A DNA stretch of 64,000 nucleotides, from positions 5,084,001-5,148,000 of the forward strand of contig OZ316776.1 of NCBI GenBank assembly GCA_973851085.1, read 5' to 3'. The notes beneath the pieces were generated by a model that was not told the origin of the DNA, made no database searches, and worked only from the letters and a program-made list of their open reading frames with translations. Positions 25,569 through 35,247 of the stretch are shown here, one piece after another. Source of the stretch: Ptychomitrium polyphyllum (Eukaryota). Within the stretch, counting starts at the first letter, position 1; each line of letters opens with the position of its first letter. The translations under genes and the position numbers were made by a program.

Positions 25569-26912
25569 ACACTATCATCGTAACCAGTTGCCCGCATTCA
25601 TTAGGTTTAGGCCTTCCGGAGGTGACTACCAAGCGCCACCGGATGCATGCGCTCTTGGAGAACGATCGACAACCCTGGATTCCAGATCCTGACACAAGCG
25701 TATTGTCACCTTGAGACGCAATCTATTGGAGGCCATTTTGAGGGAGAATTAGCATGCGTTGCTCGACCAAGAACTTCCAAAGCCGAGCATCCCGTGTCTG
25801 CCTGCTAAGGACGTTCGATCACTTCTGAGTACTCAAGAAAAAGCGTGTTACCGAGAACTTAAATGTCTCAGATAGGAAGATAATCATGCGCATGAGAACG
25901 GGAGATGAAGCCGCTGCAAGAGAGAGAGCGAGACGGAGTGATGGAGTAATCGAACACCCGACCGCCTGTTTTCTCTTCAGAATTTCTTAGCAGCAATCTG
26001 GGAGTCTTGACTGATTTCTGCATCTTTTTGAGTTTTTTTTCTGTTTCTTGTACAGTCGATAGATTCAAACCCCAGTCTTCTACTTTCTGCAAATACCTCG
26101 AGCTGCAATCGGTTGGGAGTATACTGAAAGAGTTAGGGGACGGTAGTGATCTGGAGCTTTTCTCTTGCAGTGCCTGCAGAATGTGGTTGCAGCGTTAAGC
26201 CTATGAGTAGATCTCATGAGTGTAATCCTTTCCCCTTCGTTCGTCTATTTCTTTTTCTAATATTTTATCGTTTAGCTTGTGGAATTAAGGGAATCATGCA
26301 GAGTAGCTTAGCCTAGCATCTGTTCAGGTTCTATCTTATTCCCTGTAGCCCAGGCTGTACTGTAAGGTGAATTAAGTTGGGTGCAGGAATGGGTGATGAT
26401 TCGTTTGTACCAAAATGTACATATGCAATGCTTAGGTATTGCTCTTTCTTTTACAAGGATGTGGAAGACGGACTACTGCCACAGTTCCTGAATTGTGAAG
26501 ATACTACGATTTGTGTCCAGCTCACTCTCACGTTAATGTTTCTCGTTTCGCATTGTGTTGATGAATTGTTCGCTATTTGATGAATTTCACATGACTATTG
26601 TATGATATTGATTTGAATGGTGTGAGGTGTCATCAACTAGAGTTCACCTGGCACGAGACGTTGAGACATTCTGCACAAATTTTCAGTGCATGACCAATAG
26701 TTTGGCTGTATCATTGAAAGGTAAGAGTGCTGTAAGATTGTGTACAGATGATAGAACAGCTGCTCTTGAATCAACTGATCTAACCAGAATAACTAACTAG
26801 AAGTGAAACCCTGCGCACACGGCTGGTGTCTTGTGACGCGTTACGAATCTTCTGGAATCTGCTGAGTGTTAGATCACAAACATGGGCAATATCTCGAGCT
26901 GTGGACCAGTCT

Positions 26913-29754
26913 TCACGAGAACGCCACATCAGGCTTCGTTCGTTTGTAAGTCAAATTGTCTCTGAAGTTATTGGATATTGGTAGAAATGACAACGGCAGC
27001 TCGTCATTACTTGTTATGTAGGAACTGAGCGGAAAATTGGTCCACGCTTCTGGCCCCTTCCGTTTTACCAACACTTGATCGGCATATCGAGCAGCCTGTT
27101 CAGGGGTGTCTGGAACCATATCCGGCAAACAGTGAGTCATTCCTAGCATATATCTTGTTATAAATGTTCTAGGAGCAAGCTTTGAGGTGCCAATATATAA
27201 AAGAACTCGTCGCTCAGAACTTACCGAAGGTGGTCAGAAATGTTCGTTTAGGTTTGCCTGTCTTTGCATTGCTGGAACTAACGGGGTCATCGCTCACGGT
27301 GGAGAAATATCTTGTGCCTTTCTTCTTCCCTGACCATCGCCTGAAACCGAAGTAAGATGCTATTGAGTGTGCATTATGTAGCCAACTCAGTGCACTGTTT
27401 AAGATCAATTTTGAATCCCTTAAGGTAGACAGGAGTGAGAAACTTAGTAGGCATTCTCACCGGCCAACATGTTTGTAGTTCACAGCACCGTCCTTCAATA
27501 ACCCTCTCCCCCTGCTCACCACTTTGCAGATTTGTCTGAGTTGGTTAAAAAGATGACAAAGACATGCAAAACAATGAGATCCTAGTCAAAGGTTTATTGC
27601 TCTGCTGGAATAGCAAAACCTGCCTGAGCCTTAATTCGCAGACGAGGTCAACATGATGCTTGCCTTCCCATCGTTTCAATTCGTCAATATACCTGTCGGC
27701 CTGTTTTATCAAGCCCAAGTAGTTCTCAATATATTTCGACTTTCTTGAACAATACATCCTAGAGGAATCGTCGGGAAAATCCAGATGGAAGAGATTCCGG
27801 ACGGTGAGTTCAAAACAACGTCAGTGCACGCTCAGCCATATCCACACTGAGTTTTAAGGATCTCGAGTGAAGTACAAAACTTGAACAACATATTCTCTGG
27901 GAAGGTTCGACTTGAGAAAAGCTAATAATATTGGGATGTCATTCTTACTGTGTAGGGAAAAATTATCTGAGCATCTTCTCCTTCATGCAATAATGCTACT
28001 AGGTTATACGCATCAATTGCTTCCTCATGTGTTGCATACTCCCCTGCACATAAATCACCAAGCAATGTTTAGAGTTTCAGTACAAAGTGTACCACGTAGA
28101 AGATTGTCATTCGTCCATCTGTAACTCAGAAAGGATGCTTTTATCACTAAACCAGAATTATTAGTCGAGAAAATTGACTGCATAGTATCTCATTTCACCT
28201 CTACAACAAAGCGTTTCTGACTGGAATTCTGTAACCAGAGCTTCAATTGAATGGTAACACCGAACCTAGACAATTTATTGGGTACCTAGGAAGACAGAAC
28301 TGTCATCTTCTGTCCAATATGAAGGTCTGTAGTAAGCCGTAAAGCGCTCCTCAGACCCATCGTATCGCCTACACAAGCATTAAATCGAGTTGCAACTAGG
28401 TTATTGGATGGAAAGGAAGACAACGTCGGACAATTTCTACATGTGACTGCAAATCCCCGATAAGTCAAGATTTGATTAAAATTCATTTTAGAATTATTAT
28501 ATGTTCGTCAATATAATTTCTCTGCAATGAAATTGTCTCAGCAAAACCCCTCCAAAGCGAACCAAAGCATTATAATTGCACCTACATTGCAACGCCATTG
28601 TGGTCCACAACCAACTTCTCTCTCCCTCGCTTCTGGCATATCTGGCTGCCCTGCTGCAGCTCTGACTGTTTCGAAGTTGTTGGAATTTCCTCAGGTTGTT
28701 CAATCAGCATAACAGAAGGTCCCAATTCTGCAGCAGCTTCGTTAAGAAAATTCTCATTATAATATTCACTCTTTGCTTCCTGGAGCACCGGTTGGTACTC
28801 CAGCATGAGTTCCTGCACAGCTAGATTAAGTTCTTCTGTTTCATGCTTCACGCTATAGCCGATAATATCCAAGTCCTGAGCAGGAGCCAAGGCAGGCTGA
28901 TATCCCTGTTCATGATCTGTTCTGTAGTTCAGGTTAATTCCCAAATTCACCTCAGGACCACCATATGCTCTACTGGCATTGACATCCTCACTAGAAGTAT
29001 ACGTGCAATCCGGACAAGCTTCTCCCTCGCCATGTAGCCATGTATCTGGGCAATATTGCTGGCAGAATGCATGATCTTCCCCTGTGTAAATCCCTTCAAC
29101 TTCGTGAGATGCAGAGATTGGATATGAATCCATTGAGTCTGGAAAGCTTTGGAAGAATTGGCCTGTTCTCGACCTAGCCTCGTTTGTTGTGCTCTCGTAA
29201 GCATTCTCGATATCCAAACGAGGTGCAGAATTAGCTGAATATGTGTTCAGAGGGTCCGTAAATGTTTGAAATTGGTCCAGTTCTGGTGAATCCAAGCCAG
29301 GTGCAGATTCACCAAAATATGCCGCCACTGGGTCGACAGGGATCAGACTCTGGAATTCGTTCTTTACGGCTGGATCTTGGTAAAGATAATTGTTGAGACA
29401 AGATTCTAGCCCGTTCTGGTTTCCGTCATGTATCTGAACCTCACTATCCCACGATTCCCAAAATTTGTCAACTGTAACCAACAAATTCTTAGGATTTATT
29501 TTTTCAAGACTAATTTCAGATTCAAGGGAAGTCATTAATTCCAAGCCCTGATCATTATCAGCCTGAAAATCCCCTGCTGTAACTGATGGACCGTCAATGG
29601 TCGGCTTCGAGGACGTAAGCTCTGCAGAATTTGCATCTTCCATCAGGTTGGCGCCCTCCCATGAAGCCAGATTTCGATACAAATCATCGAGTATGGCGTC
29701 ATTGTCGAGAAAAGAAGGAAGTGGCCCAGAGAAGAGGATCCCCTCGCAGTCCAT
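26913..29754 (-). CDS. Highly divergent double-AP2-domain protein (AP2 subfamily, ANT/WRI-like exon structure), ~603 aa
   Basis: Exons 29754-28586, 28368-28286, 28043-27949, 27700-27624, 27535-27461, 27340-27225 and 27109-26913 total 1812 nt in one open frame. Repeat 1: HNGVAMRYDGSEERFTAYY...VFLGEYATHEEAIDAYNLVALLHEGEDAQIIFP. Linker: YIDELKRWEGKHHVDLVCELRLR. Repeat 2: NYKHVGRRWSG...TFLTTFDTPEQAARYADQVLVKRKGPEAWTNFPLSSY. The acceptor at 27700 is the least certain junction. Confidence 0.82.
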
Positions 29755-30788
29755 CTCACGAGAAGTTAAAACTCAACAGACAACGGTTGAAAAGCTGATT
29801 AGTATCTAAGCGGTGAAAAGTTGTAGCACACTCTGCTGGATAATTAGTTCGACTTCTTTGAGTTTGGATAATCGGCAATCTCTGTTGGCAACGGATCAAA
29901 CCTGATGATGAACTTGCGAGAATGTGGAAATTTAAAGCTGTATCAACGGCATGCGTAAGCTAAGATAACCGACAACCGAGACTTCGTTGCAACGTCCAGA
30001 TCCTCGAGTCCATTTTCCTATGTGGTTACAAAGATTCCCCAACCGTTCATCTGGTTAAATACAAAGATATACGCTATCCTACGAAAGTTGAAAACATTGG
30101 AAAAAAAATAAACCACGTTGAGAAAGAGAGATAGTAGGAATGTAGAAGGTGAAACTGAAAAAACAAGGCTCGGCTGACCTGACAGGAGGGACCTCCCCGA
30201 ACCTCATGCCGACTAGGACCTGTTACCGCTGTGGATGGCGTTTGAGTCTACTGCAAATCCTTCTTTACCGTTGGAATCCCATCTTCATGTCGATGATCTC
30301 CCGACTTCTGATTCAGACAGGTCAGAATTTGTTAGACTTGAGAATCATATCTGTATTGTTTTAGAGACCGACCAAGTCGAATCTGTTAGTCTGTACATTC
30401 ACGAACAGGAGTTGCGATCAGAGCTCAAGTGGACAAACTCTAAGGTCAAGTAAAGAGCATGCTAGTTGATTAACACCAAACTCAACTTCATGTCATATGC
30501 CTTCATGTCAAGCGTTTGAGGGTTTTAAACACTTTTGATCGAGATTCACATAACTGTTGCAAGGAAGTTGGATAACTCTGGAAACACCCTCTGGCGTTAA
30601 ATGCTGCGAATGAGCTCATATTTAACATGGTGAAACCTTGCGATTACAAACGAATCAATAAGTGAACTTTCTGTTCTCTAAAATGGGGGCTGCTTGGACC
30701 ATATTCTATTGACACCTACTCTATTACTAACTAGAAAAATTAAATGGCCGGTGAATAAACGACAGAAAATCCCATATGAGGTCCTAGT

Positions 30789-33089
30789 CTAATTTACAGC
30801 TTGCTCGAAACGAAATGTCTGCCATTCATGTAATAAAGCCGATTGCAACGCTTGATGCTCCAGATCTTCAGAAGAAGGTAAAAAAAAATAGTAGGATTTT
30901 TCTTTGGCTTTGTTTCTAAGCCTATCAGCAAGCTATCATCTTCTTGTCAGTGTCGAATTCAGGTTCGGACTGAGCTGGTGGCTTCGCCTTAATGACAGCT
31001 AAACCTCCAGCAATCTCTTAATTTTTCAGTAGCAGCAGCCTGTCAAAAGGAATACCAAAGGTCATTGGGATATTGTAGCAGAAACATGTAGATTAATTGC
31101 TATGATGTTGACAAATTGTAGAGATTACACGATTCATTATTCTATTAAATATAAAGAGTCCACAAGAATACTTGGGACACCCAATCAGGGGACGCATGAG
31201 AAAGATTTATGCTGCAATGCTACTAACCTCCACTTTCCTTCGGAGACCTTTCGAATAGAATTGTCAGTCAAATCGTCAAGCCAGGTTTGAACATCAGCAC
31301 TGGTCTCATCCACAAGTTTTCCCGACGATGCCCTAACCACAAACTTGCATACCATGGTGTTTGTCTCTTTACCTAGACCAACATCTCTACTAACTTCGCT
31401 AGCTCCAAAGATCATCATACCTACAAAATTACCATACCAGGACTTTGGCAGTATAGCAAATCTGCACAAAGAGGCAATCACTCAGTGGTAAATCCCAAAC
31501 ATAGACACTAAGCAAATTATCGGGGTAGCCGTGAGATTCAAACGAGAATACCAAAACAAAACGCTCGAGGCAAGAAGAGCAGGAGCAGTAGAAGGGCACG
31601 GAGTACCATGATGTTGCACGACCTTAAAGGAAGCCAGAATCGGACATGAATATCTTTCATCTTAAGGACCATTTATTATCTGCGACAGGATCCTTGCCAT
31701 TCTCTCTGTTCGCCAATCCAACTCCGCCAAAGAATGGATAATATAAGAGTTGTACACAAATTGAGCAGCGCTCGGAACCTGACACTCCAACAGTAACACT
31801 GGACAAAACTGGATCTTACATAGATGTGCAGAAACAAATACACATATTTGCATGGATACATAGCTTTTTAGACAGTAAAGGCTCATATGGCTTATCAATT
31901 GGTATTCAAAATACAAAAGAAATGTCCTTGTAATAGCATCATTCTTAGTTTCAGGTATCACGATAATCAGGTCTTAAATACTTTTGTCCCTATTACTCGA
32001 CCCTAGCTCACAGAAGAAGGGTAGTGAGTCCAAAAGCTTACCTGTGAATAAAGTTGCTGCAGTTGAATGACACCCTGAGGAGAACCATCTATAAATCCGA
32101 ACGCGCCGACGAACCGAACACGAACATCCACCCGTTTGAGTTCTTGTACAGTCAGGTTCTAAAAGCACACCTAAAAGTGTACGACCACAGGTTACCGATT
32201 GCTTTACAAGCTAAGGTCCCCAAGACACCTAGGGAAGCTCCCAGCCTCTGCCACTATGCTTCTTAATTATGATTTCAAATACGGACAAGGTTTTTTGAGA
32301 ATGCACCAACTAAGCATCTAAGTGAGAAATTCCACAGAATCGTCCTAAAAGTGACACACAAGTAGACCATTACACAAGAATAGGGCGGCAGCTCTTTCCA
32401 TACCTTAAGATGTAAAGTTAACCGCTTCTCATGTGGATCAGTCAAATGATGGCCTCCACAAAGGATCGTTGCTGCCAGACAAAGTGAGGGGAGTTGGTGG
32501 ACCATTCGTGTCAGGCGTCGTCAAGGTAAGTTCACTCTGTGCAGGTCTCCAAAGCTCCTAGAGAGGAGTGCGGACCAGATCTTTAATCTTAGATCCTGAG
32601 CTGCCGAATCATCAAAGTACTGGACGGAAAGATTATGGTGTGTGAAAGGATAGCCGCCTGTCATTCCTGAATTTCCTACCCATCTTTACAGAAGAAAAGG
32701 GCTCCATTTGACAAGAAGCGGAGCATTGGGTGTAAAATACGCACCTGGTCTAGACCATTAAGATCAAAGTGCTCTGCCAGAGCCCAGATTACACGGACTC
32801 TCAGTCATACAGTTGTAACCTGAACTCAAGCAAATAGGAATCAAAACAAAAATAAGCACAGGAGGATTTCGATTATTAATTTAAGAACAATATTCACGGA
32901 TACAGATTTGCAACACTTATCAAGTTATAACCTCGATGTGATCTTTCGCCAAAGATGGTAGAGAAGCACTATCTCTGGCCTTCTTCACCACTCCAACAGT
33001 AGCATAGATATTGCACAAAAATCACGAGCAACTTCAAGTAGCAGGTTATGGCATATGGTTGACCTGCATCAAGTGGATAGCCTCATCAC
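30789..33089 (-). pseudogene. TPLATE: Unprocessed, 5'-truncated TPLATE pseudogene (TPLATE complex endocytic adaptor)
   Basis: Collinear fragments: YAITCYLKLLV/LCNIYATVGVVKKARDSAS; VIWALAEHFDLNGLD; GYPFTHHNLSVQYFDDSAAQD; ELWRPAQSELTL..TLSGSNDP; RLTLHLK; NLTVQELKRVDVRV..FIDGSPQGVIQLQQLYSQ; DPVLSSVTVGVS..VQLLYYPF; WYGNFVGMMIFGASEVSRDV.LG.ET.TMVCKFVVRAS..WLDDLTD; EHQALQSALLHEW..VN*. Stops, frameshifts and internal deletions present; intron remnants retained. Confidence 0.88.
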
Positions 33090-33216
33090 CTGTGCATACA
33101 TCAAAACTGGTTTGTTATTTATACGAGTCTCACAGATCTAAAATGGAGGTGAGATATGCAAATCTGAGTTCTACAATCTTGTAATGGAATCTTAATGCTG
33201 ATTCTATTATTAAATC

Positions 33217-33264
33217 TTTACTAATATAGTTGTTGAACATTTTACTAATATAGTTGTTGAACAT
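33217..33264 (+). repeat. Exact 24-bp tandem duplication
   Basis: TTTACTAATATAGTTGTTGAACAT x2. Confidence 0.95.
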
Positions 33265-33980
33265 TGTTTGAGAACGTTTTGGTACCAAAAAAAACTAATA
33301 TAAAATATCCATGTATCCGAAATTGGTGTTAAAATTAGTATCAAAATTTAACCAAAATTTTATAGAAGAAAAGGTGTCTAGAATTGAAATCCTTTGTATT
33401 AAAATGCTTGTAATACTTTAAATTCATTTAAGTCTTTTTCTTACCAAACGGCTTTCAAGGTCTCAATGGTTTGATGTTACAAAGTTTATAAACTAACATC
33501 TTTAAAAGCCCTAATTTAGAAATGAGGTTTAAATATAGTACAAAGGAATAATTTTTAATAATGAATAAATTTTAATACATTGCCTTAAATCATGTTCCAT
33601 TCAACCGTCAAAAAAGAACAAAGGTTATATTTTTATTTTCGATTGCTATAATTCAAAATTAAATTAGTCTCTAAATTGGCCACTTCCAATAGTGCATAAT
33701 TTTTTTGCTCACTTAAATTAAAGCCTCTAATTTTATATTTCATTAGATCTCAACAAAGTCACTAAGATCTTTAAAATAAGAACTATGTTAAACAATAATA
33801 AAAACAAAAAAATCTACTACACAACACTATATAATTTATATAGTTCAGACATTAGTACTTCTAACATTAGTTTGAAATTCTCTCTCTATTTTCACCCTGC
33901 ACGCTAGAAACATTTACCCTTCGGAACCGGAGCTTGAACTAAACTTCAGAATGTAAAAAGTTCGAGATTGATAGCAATCC

Positions 33981-34101
33981 GCCACGTCATACTACCAAGT
34001 AGGATGACCCTACAGCGGTGGGGGGGCCATGTGGCATGAGGAGTCAGCACACTTTGCCATCTCGCTCGCTCGCTTCGTTGTTTGTAGTAGGTTTAGGGTT
34101 T
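33981..34101 (+). promoter_or_regulatory. TSR3 upstream module: GCCACGTCA element and telo-box
   Basis: GCCACGTCA 33981-33989 and TTAGGGTTT 34093-34101, upstream of ATG 34288. Confidence 0.6.
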
Positions 34102-34287
34102 AAGAACCTTCCCGTCTCGCAAGCATCACTCACATGTGAGCTTGGATTCTCGCTGCCGTGGGAATAATCTCTTCAGGCTCAGCAATCGACTGTTAATTCT
34201 GCAGAGCAAGTCAGGTTGCAGAGCTCGTGCATAGCTTGTGAGGTGCCAGGCAGGGGGGGCCCCCCGAAGGAGGAGGAGGTTGTGGCG

Positions 34288-35247
34288 ATGGGGCGTAACC
34301 GCTATTCGAAGAAGGGCGGGTCGTCGCAGCACCTGCAGCGGACCGTATTCTGGGAGGACGGCAAGGAACAGCAGAGCTTGCCGTCGTCGACGACACCTCC
34401 GCCCGGCGAGTGCAGCGACCGAGGCGCGCCCAAGCACCTGGCGGTGCATCTGGCCATGTGGGACTTCGGCCAATGCGACTCCAAACGGTGCACTGGGCGG
34501 AAGCTGTCGCGCCTCGGCTATCTGCGGGAGCTTCGCGTGCAGCAGCGCTTTGGAGGAGTGGTGATGAGCCCCGTGGGGAAGAAGTGCGTCTCTCGTGAGG
34601 ATCAGGCTTTGATTCGTGAGAGGGGGCTGGCTGTTGTGGACTGCTCGTGGAAGGGATTGGCTGAGGTTCCTTTTGCACAGCTGCGGTGTGGCGCTGCCAG
34701 GCTTCTCCCGTGGTTAGTGGCTGCCAATCCTGTGAATTATGGGAAGCCGTGTAAGCTTACTTGTGTGGAGGCCTTGGCGGCTGCGTTGATTATTTGTGGG
34801 GAGAATGAAGTGGCTGAGCAGATTCTGGGGAATTTTAAGTGGGGGCACTCGTTTCTGTCTTTGAACAAGAATTTGTTGGATGCGTATGCAGCGTGCAACG
34901 ACGGCGCTGAAGTGATCGTAGTGCAGAATGAGTTTCTTGATTCTGCTGGGAAGCATACGGAGGGGCCTCTTAGAAATTATGATAACGAAGATGGGTCAGA
35001 TGATGACTTGCCTCCTCTTGAACGGAATACTAACCATCTCGACGAGGACGAGGATTCGGCTGGAGATGAAGATGAAGATGAAGAGGAGGACGAAGAAGAT
35101 GCGAATGTTTCAGACGAAAAGGATGATGGCTTAGTAGATACGAAAACTAGTGTAAAGGTAGATGGTTCTGTACAGAAAGGAATCGATGTCTCTGATCATG
35201 AGCGTGGGCTTGAGAGTTTGTTGAAGCAGAGTCGCTTGAGTGAGTGA
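34288..35247 (+). CDS. TSR3: 18S rRNA aminocarboxypropyltransferase TSR3, single-exon CDS, 319 aa
   Basis: LAMWDFGQCDSKRCTGRKL, LAVVDCSW, RLLPWLVAANPVNYGKPCKLTCVEALAAAL, FKWGHSFLSLN, acidic C-terminal tail. Confidence 0.95.
   Translation: MGRNRYSKKGGSSQHLQRTVFWEDGKEQQSLPSSTTPPPGECSDRGAPKHLAVHLAMWDFGQCDSKRCTGRKLSRLGYLRELRVQQRFGGVVMSPVGKKCVSREDQALIRERGLAVVDCSWKGLAEVPFAQLRCGAARLLPWLVAANPVNYGKPCKLTCVEALAAALIICGENEVAEQILGNFKWGHSFLSLNKNLLDAYAACNDGAEVIVVQNEFLDSAGKHTEGPLRNYDNEDGSDDDLPPLERNTNHLDEDEDSAGDEDEDEEEDEEDANVSDEKDDGLVDTKTSVKVDGSVQKGIDVSDHERGLESLLKQSRLSE

Noticed and set aside
28286..28320. Myb/SANT domain suggested by WTEDD..VFL
   Set aside because: The following exons give AP2 helix motifs and AP2-type intron phases, not Myb tryptophan repeats.
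28582..29754. Stand-alone 390-aa orphan protein
   Set aside because: Its TAG lies inside a donor site (AT|GTAGGT); it is exon 1 of the AP2-like gene.
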